The notes below the pieces were generated by a model. That model was not told where the DNA came from, made no database searches, and saw only the letters and a program-made list of their open reading frames with translations. A DNA stretch of 64,000 bases from a virus. This document shows positions 1-10,111 of this stretch, in pieces (position 1 is the stretch's first letter; the number at the start of each line of letters is the position of its first letter). The translations under genes and the position numbers were made by a program. Location of the stretch: the IMG/VR virus record IMGVR_UViG_3300045988_102159, positions 78,631 through 142,630 of that record, one strand, 5' to 3'.

Positions 1-2743
1 TCTTAGATTTATTAACAAAATCACTCTTATTCAATCCGTCTTCTGCGGCACTAGCCATATTGTCAATAATGGTTTTTGCATTAGCAATATTTTCGTCATT
101 TAAGTAATCCTGAGCATCAGAAACATGTTGTTTTGCTTCATCTAGCTTTGACTTTGTATGTTCATACATAACATCGTCTTTGCTCATGCTATTAAGTTTT
201 TTCTGATACTTATCTACTTCTTTTTGAGCTTTAGCAGATGCTTCTGTAACATTACCGATTTTCTCTTGGATAGATAATCCGCTAGTATCTTGACCAATCC
301 AATTTGTAGTTAAACCAGCCTGATTGCTTAAAAAGTCATTCTCAAATGCAATTCTAGCGGCATTATTAACAAAAGGCGTATAAGTAGAAGCTCCTTTATC
401 TAGTGCAGTTAAAGCTTGCTTACCTTGTGACGCGGCTAATTCTTTAGATGCCGTACTAGCTTTACTAATTTTTTCGGCTAAAGTATCAAAGTCTCCTGAA
501 TTTTCAAGCGCCTTACCACCCGCGATGTCAAGAGAATCAATTAGATTATCAGTAGCACTCTTTAATTCATCAGTAACTTCCCCAGTTTGCTTATACGAAG
601 CATATGCCGCATCAAAGGAAGAGGTATCAACAGATGCCATCTGTTGAGTATTTGTATATGTCTCAACTTGTTTGTCTCTTTCAGCTTGATTTTTTTGATG
701 AAGAAAATTGAGCAAAGCGCCACCAGCGGTAGCGATTCCAATAGTTGCCATACCAAGAGGACTACTTAAACCTTCGATAAGCGCTTTAAATACTTGAAGA
801 CCAGCAGATGCAATTTTTGCTCCTGCACCAAAAGCCTTAAACTTAATAGTAGTTGCTGTAAGTCCATTCGCAAAAGAGCCAAGTTGCATTGAATCTAATG
901 CTGTTTGCATTTTTGCAACTTCATTTGTTTTAATGGATGCAAAAAGGTTTCCAAAATCTAACTTTGATGCTTCTTTAAGCTCAATAAAACTAGAAATCAA
1001 CTGTGGAACAGTCATAGAAAGATTCATTATAGTCTGTTCAACTTTTTCTCCAGTAGTTAAATCAGCATTTGCCCATATAGAACCTAAGTTTTGGAAAGAT
1101 TGCCAAGCAAAACTAAGTTGCCCAATAGCAGCTGTAGCTTGAACAATATTTTGTACGTCCATTTGCTTTTTCAGCGTATCTTCAAGACCTTCGTTTTGAC
1201 CTATAACTCCTCCAAGTACAGCATGTGCGCCAGTAACTTTTTGATTTTTACGGGTCAAATCGCCAGCTGAACCTACAGCAACACGACTTTTAACTGATGG
1301 ATTATTTGCTTTATCTAAAGCCCCTTCTGCTGTTTGGTAAACTTCATTCAAATATTCTTGAAGTTCATCTATTAAACCTAAACCTTCACCTAAATTATCA
1401 GAATTTAAACCATTCTTTTTACCATTAGCAAGTATTGAAAGTTGACGTAATACTTTAATAACTTTATAAATCGGCTGTAAACATTCAGTAGCTTGTTCAT
1501 CTAACACTGCAAAAATAGAATCTTTTCCTGCAATATTAGTTTCAGTTATACCGTAGGCTTTAAGTAACTTTTTAGTATCATTATATATAATTCGTAAGCT
1601 TGACCGACCATCTGTAGCAATTTTTGTATTGTCAGAATCAGCACCAAGTGCAGCAATTTTATCACGATGTTTTGGAATGGTTACTGAACTAATACCAGAA
1701 GATTCATTTGCAATTCCTTGGAGTCTTTGCTTTGCTTCGTTGGAAGAAATATTTTTATATAAATCTTCTCTGCCAGCATTTACATTGTTATAATACTCTT
1801 GAGTACCTCTTGCTTGAAGGACTCCATTTTCGTCTCTTAAAAGCTGAATATATTCTTTATATTCACCAGTTGCCGCGCCAATAGCCATATTAGTTTCATT
1901 AACGGATTCACGAAGTTTGGCTTCTGCATCAGTAACGCCATTAATTGCGTGGCTTGTGTCAATAAGTAGTTTATTATATTGTGTTTGCTGTTCATTGCTC
2001 ATGACTGATTGGTAATTTGTTCCAACATCAATCATATTTTTCAACGGGTCTAAAGACTTATCGTCAATCTTTTGATAACCCATTGCGTTAAGTTTTTCTT
2101 TTCTTACTTTGGCATTATTTTCTTTAATCTGCCCAAGTGAGAAATTCTGTGCCATCGCTGTTAAACCATGTGCTATCTGTTTACTAAATACTCTTGAAGC
2201 AGTAGCACCAAACAAAGTTAGTGCGGCAGAACCGCCACCAATAGAATCTATCAATTTCTGCATTAAATCTAATGCAGTAGATAATCCATCAATGAATCCA
2301 TAAAAATCAGAAGAATTGCCAAGACTATTGATAATACCTTCAAAAGTAGTCTGTAATTTATTTAATTTTCCTTGTAATGAATCAACATACTTTTCATTCA
2401 TTACATCTAGCGTACCGCTAGCATTTTCAGAACCAGCCTTATATTGATTATATAAGTCTGAACGATTCATCAATGCTTCAAAACGTGTAAGCTGGAATTT
2501 ACCAGCAAGCGTTTGACCTACGGCAGCTTTTTGCGTAGCATCAATAGAATCCCAAACTTTCATAAGGTCTTCCATGATGTTACCAACACCACGCATCTTT
2601 CCATCGCCGTCTGTGACTTGTACACCAATTTTCTCTAATGTGGATGTGACTTTTCCTAAGTCTACTCCGTCGTCTAGAGTCTTACCCATTGATAGGTCTG
2701 AAAAGCGTGCATAAAGTGTCTTTAATCCATTACCGATTTGTTC
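1..2743 (-). CDS. tail tape measure protein, exon 2 (3' end beyond window)
   Basis: Minus frame is open from 2743 to the window edge. It starts EQIGNGLKTLYARFSDL...GKMRGVGNIMEDL, a typical TMP motif. It joins in frame to exon 1 at 3110. Confidence 0.75.
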
Positions 2744-3109
2744 CTTGTGTCTTAAACTCGGTCGTTAATCGAGTCCATATATAAATCCTATATGCTTCTC
2801 GTTTCCAAGAAGAAGAGACTATATTTTCTATAAAAATAGAACATTCTTTCGGATAGACTTCTATCCTATCAGAGCCAATCCTGATAGTCGTTGAACCTTT
2901 TACTAAATAGCAAAGTGGCTGCGGATTATCCAATTTTTATATCTTTTTACTATACCTAAGACATTACTCTTCGCCAATATTATATCACTATAATATTTTA
3001 GTAATATAAAACTCTAAGGATTTTCCCGCAATTTAATATTTTTCTTATAATTTAAATTATAAGCCCAATATTTTCACTTATATATTTTAAGCAACAAGTA
3101 AAATCTTTT
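2744..3109 (-). mobile_element. group I intron (td-like, no ORF) in tape measure gene
   Basis: Minus-strand cores are AAATTGCGGGAAAATCC, GATAATCCGCAGCC, GGTTCAACGACTATC and AAATATAGTCTC. The element starts after a U and ends in G. All three frames are closed across it. Confidence 0.7.
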
Positions 3110-4078
3110 AGGGGCTTCTCGCGTAACGGATTCAATTGTCGCAATCTGGGCGTTTAATTGGTCTGTAGAAACTCCAAGCGTAGCTGCCGCTGATGCAGCT
3201 TTCTGGGATGCTTCTGCCAACTCTCCAACATCCGCAGCAGAAATATTTGCTACGTTAGCCCAAGAGTCTAGTGCAGCATTAAGTTTATCAATATTATTAT
3301 CAAGACCATAAGCATTCATGTATGCTGTGATTTGGTCCGACGTTGTAGCAGTGTCTTGTTGAGAGGCATTAGCTAATTTAGTTGACATCTCCGCAAGCTG
3401 CTGAGATTTGTTTAGGTCAAAACCTTGCTGGCCGAAGATAAGGGTACTATTCGTCATAGCAACAGTTGTAGAGCCAAGAGCCTTTGCAGCTTCATTAGCC
3501 TGCTTAGCATACTGAACCATCGAGTCACGTGAATAGTCAGTAACAAGCATAATTTGTGTCAGCGAATCATCAAGGTCTTTTGCATATTCAACAGATTGAC
3601 GAATAGAATCAGTAACGCCGTTAAAGGCGCTTGACATAATACCCCAACGGACTGTGTTGCCCATTGTGTTAAATAATTTATCTACCATTGAGCTGGTACT
3701 TTTGATACCAGTATCAATTTTACCCAATTGAGCAAGAACGTCTGTAAAGGCAATTTTACCAGTAGACTCTGCCATAGAAAATGAATTTTGCAGATTACGT
3801 AATGAAAGTCCACTCTCATTTAGCTGGCTAGTCAACTTTGTCATATCGAGCATTCCAATTTTAGTGTTAAAGCTCGAATTTAATGCTTTCTGAAATTTTT
3901 GAATATTGTTGATAGCCGCAGAAGCTTGCGTATTATCAATAATATCCCGAGACTGCATTTCCTTTAGCTGAACAGAAACTTTATTAAGCTCAGTCTGTAA
4001 TTGAGTCAAACCAGAACGGTCTAATGTAGTTCGTAGATTATACTCAATAGTATTTGAATATTTACTAATGGTAATCAC
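3110..4078 (-). CDS. tail tape measure protein, exon 1
   Basis: GTG start at 4078. The ORF-track frame 3074..4078 is coiled-coil and Q/S/A-rich. The exon is taken to end ...ATIESVTREAP at 3110, before the intron core. Confidence 0.7.
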
Positions 4079-4150
4079 CTACCTTATATTTATCTGTACG
4101 ATTCATAATCGTACCTCCTTTTATATCTTTATTAACGTTAATATAGGCAT

Positions 4151-4185
4151 AAAAAAAAGAGCCTACTTTATATAAAAGTAGGCTC
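4151..4185 (-). terminator. intrinsic terminator
   Basis: A ~10-bp stem (GAGCCTACTT / AAGTAGGCTC) is followed by a T8 run on the minus strand. Confidence 0.7.
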
Positions 4186-4207
4186 ATAATGATTATTGAA
4201 TTTTGTA

Positions 4208-4858
4208 CTAAAGCTCGAACAGAGGACCTTCCTCTTGTTCGCTATCTTCTTTAACCTCTTTATTTTCTGTTGGTACGGCAGAAAGATAATCAGTAGCAGC
4301 TTTAATTGCATCATTGACTTGTTCAGGAGTTGCCATAGCCTTAACTTTAACTTTCTCCTTTAATTTACTTTCATCCTTTGGTGTATTATTCATACCCCAC
4401 TTGTCAGCAATTTCAAGAACTGTCTTAGCATCACTTTCACTAAAAGCATCTTTAAAACGATTTACAGTAGACTCTACAATATCGCCACTAAAAGTTTGAA
4501 ATGTAGAGAAAATACCACGAGCAGATTGTAGATATTTAATATAATCATCAAGCCATACGCTACCAATACGACCAAGAGCATCCATATCTACCGCAAAGTT
4601 TTTATTCATATCTTCGATAGTGCCATCAGCCAGAAGAGCATCCCAAGCATCTAAAATATTATTTGAAACCATGCGGCCAACCTCTTCCTTACGGTCAGGA
4701 TATAGAATAATCGCCGCATACGCATATAGCGCACGTTCAAAAACAAACTGATTGACAAAGCCATTATCCTCGGCAGACTGTGCCGCAAAATGGATAATGT
4801 CATACATGTCTTGAGAGGTTAGCTTTTTAGCCGTCTCTGTTTCAAAAAGAATTGCCAT
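4208..4858 (-). CDS. hypothetical protein (tail-assembly-chaperone position, acidic C-terminus)
   Basis: 216-aa ORF directly upstream of the tape measure gene. Confidence 0.6.
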   Translation of the reverse strand: MAILFETETAKKLTSQDMYDIIHFAAQSAEDNGFVNQFVFERALYAYAAIILYPDRKEEVGRMVSNNILDAWDALLADGTIEDMNKNFAVDMDALGRIGSVWLDDYIKYLQSARGIFSTFQTFSGDIVESTVNRFKDAFSESDAKTVLEIADKWGMNNTPKDESKLKEKVKVKAMATPEQVNDAIKAATDYLSAVPTENKEVKEDSEQEEGPLFEL

Positions 4859-4922
4859 AAAATCTCCTTTTATCTCTATACCTATATGGTTGTATTATAC
4901 CATACTTTTAAAACAATGTCAA

Positions 4923-6449
4923 CTAAGATTTAAAAATATCTGGCGTAAATAAATGGCCCATATTAAGTGTGATACTAATCTTAGTATTATTCAATACCTT
5001 GTAGGCAAGTTTATTACGATTTAACGCCATGCGGAAAACGTTATCTCCTTTCTGTGACGGCATAACTTTACTTCTTAAAGTACCTAAGTCAAAACCTTCA
5101 ACAAGATAATATTTGTTGCCGCCATACTTCAAAATAGTATCTGAATTATCGTAAATCTTTCTAAGAATATCATAAATTGAAAATATCTTATTATTTACAA
5201 TAAGTAAAGTTGAATAATCTCCTTTGATACCACTGCCAGCAATAGCATCCACAAGGCTTAAAGCGCCAGCTGCCTGTCTGATATTGTACCAATCCATAGC
5301 ATCAACTGTAGTACCAAGAGCACCGACAAGACTATATCCATATTGACCAGCACCGGGCACAAAAGCATTTAATTTTTTTGCCAACTGCTGATATGTCATA
5401 CTTCTGGCAACAAATCCTTCAACACCAAGAGCACGAGAACCTGGGCCACTGCCTTGAAATGGCGCACTTTCACGTAATTTGACATTGCCGCCAAATTCAA
5501 GTATTATACCATCTTTATTCCAATAAATATGAACGTCTTCCTTGGACTCTTTACCTTCAAGAGTATCAGTTATCTGTTGTGCTGTCCAACTTGAATAAAA
5601 TTTACCATCTGCGGCAGATACAATCTGCTTTATCTTTTCGTCATTTTCCATAATAAGCTGTTGACCTTCATTTGCGGCAACATTAATTGCATGTGCTTCT
5701 GCCATTTCGTGAACTGTGCCGCCAATAGAGTTGAAAGCAGCAGCGATAGAATCCACAGCAGATTGAAAACTATTCTGAATATCCGCAACACCGCCATTGC
5801 CAAGAGAAGCAAGAATATCTAAGTTTTCACGTACCTTCTCCATTGCTAAAACCATCTTAGTTTCAGACTCTTTGACCATTCCCGCACTAATACTTGCGTC
5901 TGTTGGAATACCTTGTAAATCTGATGGTACATTTCCATTTGTGTAATAAGCATCTACTAAGCGTGCGGCAACTAAAAATTCATAGTTATATGCAAGCGTC
6001 CAAATAATATTATTAACAGCTTCATTGACAGCTGTAGTAATGCTCGATACGTGCTCTAAACAGTCCTGCACAGATGCATTAAACGCGGAACCAGCATTTG
6101 CCAGACTGACACCATCGACAAAAATATCGCCAGATGTACTATATGACTTAGCAATACCTTTGCTGTCAAAGTTCGCAATATTTTGCATTGCCTTATCAAT
6201 ATTTTGACCTATTACGCCGCCATTTGAAATCCAGTTATCCATCATAGATTTAATCTGTCTACCAGTATATTTTTTGCCACTGGCCGCATTCACCTGATTA
6301 AATCTCTGAGTAAATGTACTTACTTGGCGTTTCATAATACGGTACATCGTGTCATTATCAATATCGGCTTGCCCTCTGGCAATAGTATAAGCAAGATACT
6401 CTTTACCGCCATTGTATGCTTGGACAGCACGCCAATTGAAATTGCTCAT
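4923..6449 (-). CDS. hypothetical structural protein (508 aa)
   Basis: Long ORF with AGGAGG RBS, inside the tail gene block. Confidence 0.7.
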   Translation of the reverse strand: MSNFNWRAVQAYNGGKEYLAYTIARGQADIDNDTMYRIMKRQVSTFTQRFNQVNAASGKKYTGRQIKSMMDNWISNGGVIGQNIDKAMQNIANFDSKGIAKSYSTSGDIFVDGVSLANAGSAFNASVQDCLEHVSSITTAVNEAVNNIIWTLAYNYEFLVAARLVDAYYTNGNVPSDLQGIPTDASISAGMVKESETKMVLAMEKVRENLDILASLGNGGVADIQNSFQSAVDSIAAAFNSIGGTVHEMAEAHAINVAANEGQQLIMENDEKIKQIVSAADGKFYSSWTAQQITDTLEGKESKEDVHIYWNKDGIILEFGGNVKLRESAPFQGSGPGSRALGVEGFVARSMTYQQLAKKLNAFVPGAGQYGYSLVGALGTTVDAMDWYNIRQAAGALSLVDAIAGSGIKGDYSTLLIVNNKIFSIYDILRKIYDNSDTILKYGGNKYYLVEGFDLGTLRSKVMPSQKGDNVFRMALNRNKLAYKVLNNTKISITLNMGHLFTPDIFKS

Positions 6450-6504
6450 ATTACCTCCTAAATAACATTAGTATATATTGCAATAGCAATACATATTATT
6501 GCTA

Positions 6505-6545
6505 TTTAAAAAGAAAAAGGGTGTCCCAGTTAAGGAACACCCTTT
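6505..6545 (-). terminator. intrinsic terminator
   Basis: A 9-bp stem (AAAGGGTGT / ACACCCTTT) is followed by a T-rich run on the minus strand. Confidence 0.65.
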
Positions 6546-6688
6546 AGCTTATTTAGCTACAGACCTCTTTAGCTTAGAAACACTGGGAGTAGTCTCAGCT
6601 CCTGAAGTCTTAGTAGTCGAATCAACTGCGTTAGCAGTTACGTCTGAATGTTGTTCATCAGCCGCAGATTCAGTTGACGTTGCGGCCT

Positions 6689-6894
6689 TTATTCCCCCGC
6701 TGCTTCTGAGAAGACAGACTTAGAATACCAACTATCTACATCGGAATCCTTTGTGCGGCCATCGTGACCAAGGACATCCTTATTCTTGTAGTTGTGGGTC
6801 GTATCAGTCTTATCAACAACCTGTAGCGTAGCCATAACCTTCTTCTTCTTGTTGAACTTGGTGTAGGCAGGCATACAGTCAATAGTGAATGTAA
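6689..6894 (-). CDS. major tail/tube-like structural protein, exon 5
   Basis: Starts TT ACA TTC right after the intron terminal G at 6895. It completes codon T|TT from exon 4 and reads FTFTIDCMPAYTKFNKKKK...AAGE stop. Confidence 0.7.
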
Positions 6895-7151
6895 CATTAT
6901 GTTATCTTATAGTTTCCTATAAGTTCAGACTATATCTTCACCTCTAATAATAGAGGGTTTTCCACTTCGCTTTGTTATAAAGCTACTCCATAAAGGATAG
7001 TCGTTGAACGTACTCGTTCGCTGCTGATTACCAGTTAAGGCTTCCAGCAATTCAAAAAAGATTTTACAACGCATCGCTGCGCAGGTACCCGAACATCACT
7101 TTAAAAGACTACTAACAGACCAATTAAAGACTAATAGCAGACATTCTAGAC
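6895..7151 (-). mobile_element. group I intron 4 of structural gene
   Basis: The P1 helix pairs exon GTACCU with the internal guide GGGTAC, including a G.U pair at the splice site. Cores are TTGAATTGCTGGAAGCC, GTAATCAGCAGC, GTTCAACGACTATCC and AGATATAGTCTG. It ends ...ATAATG. Confidence 0.75.
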
Positions 7152-7777
7152 AGGTACTTGGATCGCCATTGTTCGCCATAGAGAACGTAAAGTTACTCTG
7201 GATTTTACCACGAGGAATGACGAATTCGGCAGGAAGGTCTACGCCAGTCTCTTCATCACGGAAAAGTGTAGACGCTTCAATGTAATAGTAACCAGCGAAG
7301 TTCTCAGCATCAATCTGCATCTCATAGGCTTCATCGTAATGAACCTCATAGCAGTCAATGCGGACGGTATCGCCAGCCTTTACAGCGGCATCTTGCTTGC
7401 TATCGCCGGGTTCATCGGCGGCAAGCTGGAAAGCGATAGTTTTACCTTCGGCTTGAATCTCACCATGATCGCCAAGGGTGGCGGCAGCTAGGGTCTTGCC
7501 ATCATTGATAACAAAGACCTGCTTGTCGGTGACAGCAGAAAGGTAATTAGCTTGAGCACCAGCACTATCAAGAGTAACAGGATAGATAGGAGCTTCTTTT
7601 GTAACGATGATAGTCGCGCCATTGCGGTCTTCATCGGTTAACTTGGCGATAATCTTATCGCCAGAGGTTTCGGCAACCATATCATATGTAGCATGGACAT
7701 AGATAGGAGTCTTATTTTCACCAGTTTTCTTACCGTGTACTAGACCAGCACCAGACAGCATAGCGAAACTGGTAGGA
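7152..7777 (-). CDS. major tail/tube-like structural protein, exon 4
   Basis: Uses the frame of ORF 7096..7782 from (L)PTSFAMLSGAG to ...NNGDPST. The ORF-track tail CLECLLLVFNW... is intron read-through. Confidence 0.75.
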
Positions 7778-8028
7778 CTCATTAGAGAGTCTTCAAGAGT
7801 GCTTTTTAAACATATATACTTTCATATATAAACAGACTATATCTTATCTTTCGATTTTCTCACTTCCTTGCTTACAGCAAGTACACCTATACAGGTTAGT
7901 CGTTGAACCATTTTATTTGGCTGCGGATTGTCTAATTCTTATGGATTATTACTATAAAATAGTACCATAAAACTCTAAAGAGGTTCCCGCAATTCAAGAA
8001 ATTTAATGACCCCCACATTTGTTAATTA
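7778..8028 (-). mobile_element. group I intron 3 of structural gene
   Basis: The P1 helix pairs exon GACCCU with the internal guide GGGGTC, including a G.U pair. Cores are TTGAATTGCGGGAACCTCTTTAGAG, TAGACAATCCGCAGCC, GGTTCAACGACTAACC and AGATATAGTCTG. The terminal G is at 7778. Confidence 0.75.
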
Positions 8029-8047
8029 AGGGTCAGAGTCTTTTCAC
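8029..8047 (-). CDS. major tail/tube-like structural protein, exon 3 (micro-exon, 19-21 nt)
   Basis: This is the only open frame between two intron cores: (G)GT GAA AAG ACT CTG ACC CT = GEKTLT. The 5' boundary is ambiguous by 2 nt. Confidence 0.55.
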
Positions 8048-8256
8048 CACATTTGTATTATCTGTATCTTTATATATACATACAGCTTAGACTATATCTT
8101 TATTCTTTTAGAATATCTTGCACTTCGGATTGTAGCATCCTACACCTTAAAGGTTAGTCGTTGAACTTTACTAAAAGTCTTAGCTGCGGATTCCCCTCGA
8201 AAGGGCTTTCCCGCAATTCACAAAATTTATTTCATTCTTAATGGTATACAAGCATT
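8048..8256 (-). mobile_element. group I intron 2 of structural gene
   Basis: The P1 helix is CTTAATG / CATTAAG. Cores are GTGAATTGCGGGAAAGCCC, GAATCCGCAGC, GTTCAACGACTAACC and AGATATAGTCTAAG. Boundaries are +/-2 nt. Confidence 0.65.
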
Positions 8257-8305
8257 AAGCGGCCTGAGCAGTGAAGAAACTTTCCCAGGCGATTAGACGA
8301 GGATT
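8257..8305 (-). CDS. major tail/tube-like structural protein, exon 2
   Basis: Reads NPRLIAWESFFTAQAA and continues exon 1 (...YAQGGKG|NPRLIAWE). It is preceded by the intron terminal G at 8306. Confidence 0.65.
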
Positions 8306-9046
8306 CATAATATTCTAAATAGGTCGTTACTCTATTTATTGTTTACACAACTATATATTGCTATATAGATTAGACTATATCTTATGCTAGATTACTAACA
8401 TTTTCCTATTTCAAGCTACTTAGCTTTACTTCCTTGCGGAATAGTCGTTGAACTTTATTGAGTTATCCACCTATAACCTCCTGTAGTATGACGTTTACCG
8501 CTACAAACAAGGCTAATTTTGCTAACACTACAACCTGTCTGACGATGCGCTTCTGACATACTTTTAAATTCACCAATAACATTTCCATTTAAATCAAGTT
8601 GGTAAACAGGAATCTCTGGATAACTTCCACTATTTACTTTATGCTGAACATAGCTATCATTCTTTTGACGAATAACCCAACGTAAATTTGTCAAATTATT
8701 GTCATCTCGAATTTCGTTTATATGATGACATTCCTCTCCTTCTAATGGAGGGCGAAGAAAAGTCTCAAGAACCAAACGATGAATACGCCAATGTTTATAA
8801 GTGTTATTCTCTGTATTATATAACTTTACATACTGGTATCCATCTTTGTCATATTGAGGTTTCAACATACGTTTAGTTGAAACAGTTCTAATTTCACCAT
8901 GTTCATTTACCTCATAATAAGGAAAATCTTTTACAACTTTCCACATAAATAGCGCTCCAATCTTAGATGCTGATTGTCTTATAATACTTATATTATATCA
9001 TAAGAGTTTCCAGCAGTCAAGGAAATTTTACAAGAGCAATCTATTT
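8306..9046 (-). mobile_element. group I intron 1 of structural gene, carrying an HNH homing endonuclease ORF
   Basis: Cores are CCTTGACTGCTGGAAACTC, GACAATCAGCATC, [ORF], GTTCAACGACTATTCC and AGATATAGTCTAATC. It starts after GGU and ends ...ATTATG. Confidence 0.75.
8455..8946 (-). CDS. HNH (HNH_3/NUMOD4-type) homing endonuclease, intron-encoded
   Basis: Motifs FPYYEVNEHGEI, HRLV..F, CHHINEIRDDNNLTNLRW and a C-terminal IENR-like GGYRW. It has its own GGAG RBS inside the intron. Confidence 0.8.
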   Translation of the reverse strand: MWKVVKDFPYYEVNEHGEIRTVSTKRMLKPQYDKDGYQYVKLYNTENNTYKHWRIHRLVLETFLRPPLEGEECHHINEIRDDNNLTNLRWVIRQKNDSYVQHKVNSGSYPEIPVYQLDLNGNVIGEFKSMSEAHRQTGCSVSKISLVCSGKRHTTGGYRWITQ

Positions 9047-9220
9047 ACCCTTGCCTCCTTGTGCATAAACAGTAGTAGCAGCACCCTCAAGGCTAGAAGT
9101 CTTGGCAGTATCAATGTAAAGCATAGGCTGACCAGCATCGAAGTGCTGACCACCAAGGTCTACGGATGTTAGTGGCTTGAAGACCACATCACAAATCTCG
9201 CGCACACCAAAACGATTCAT
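9047..9220 (-). CDS. major tail/tube-like structural protein, exon 1
   Basis: ATG at 9220 with GGAGAAA RBS. It reads MNRFGVREICDVVFKPL...TTVYAQGGKG (58 codons), then hits a stop inside the intron. Confidence 0.7.
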
Positions 9221-9328
9221 AGATTTCTCCTTACGTTTAGGAATTTGTATACAGTTTCCTTAGTCATAGAAACATAACGCGCTAATTTCTATGTCTATTA
9301 TATAAACGCGGCAAAACCACGATTATAC

Positions 9329-10099
9329 TCAGTAAATACCATCCATCCAATTATCAGGTTCATCCATCTTACTAACATCCATCATTGGAGTAGTAGCAAC
9401 TTTCTGATATAAGTCGTATGCCATTTTAAGTGTATACCTCTTAATACTGTCAAACAACTGAAATGGAGTATAGTTATATATGACATTAATATCAATTGCC
9501 AAACCAATAGAAAGAGCAGAAGCATAATTACCAAATATACTATTAGCTTTTTTCTTGTCTTTATCGCTCTTTATCTGATTTCGTATTTCTCGACCACGTT
9601 GAAGTTTGGCCGCAATCTCGGCAGCTGCGTCATTAGCAGGGTTAAATTCTTCTTCATACTTATCAGTGCCTACTGGTAAAAACAACTCTTTCAATGTAAT
9701 TCTGAAATTTTCAAAATTCATAGGATTAAGTTGCCCTACTATTGGCCCACTCTCCTGTACCCTAAAATTAATGCACCCAGCGTCATATTCAACTATATAA
9801 TCAGGGAAAATAAGGCCAAAAAGATTATCTACATTTCTTTTTGTATTTTCGTCCTGTTGGATGATTACTAATAATATTTGAAAATCGTCCATATACCCTA
9901 ATTGACTTTTGCCCACGTTTTTCATTTCTGCGGCAAGTTCTTTTGCCTTGACAAAAAGCTCAACGGACATAAGAAACGAATCTTCACCAAAAGCGCAAAT
10001 ATCTTTAATAGACGGCTGCGAGATAGCAATATTAGCTCCCGCAACCGTCACTGGCATTCCAGAAAGATATTTACCTAAATCTCCTTGTAACTCTGACAT
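9329..10099 (-). CDS. hypothetical structural protein
   Basis: 256-aa ORF packed in the late operon. Confidence 0.65.
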   Translation of the reverse strand: MSELQGDLGKYLSGMPVTVAGANIAISQPSIKDICAFGEDSFLMSVELFVKAKELAAEMKNVGKSQLGYMDDFQILLVIIQQDENTKRNVDNLFGLIFPDYIVEYDAGCINFRVQESGPIVGQLNPMNFENFRITLKELFLPVGTDKYEEEFNPANDAAAEIAAKLQRGREIRNQIKSDKDKKKANSIFGNYASALSIGLAIDINVIYNYTPFQLFDSIKRYTLKMAYDLYQKVATTPMMDVSKMDEPDNWMDGIY

Positions 10100-10111
10100 G
10101 CCGCACCAGCT

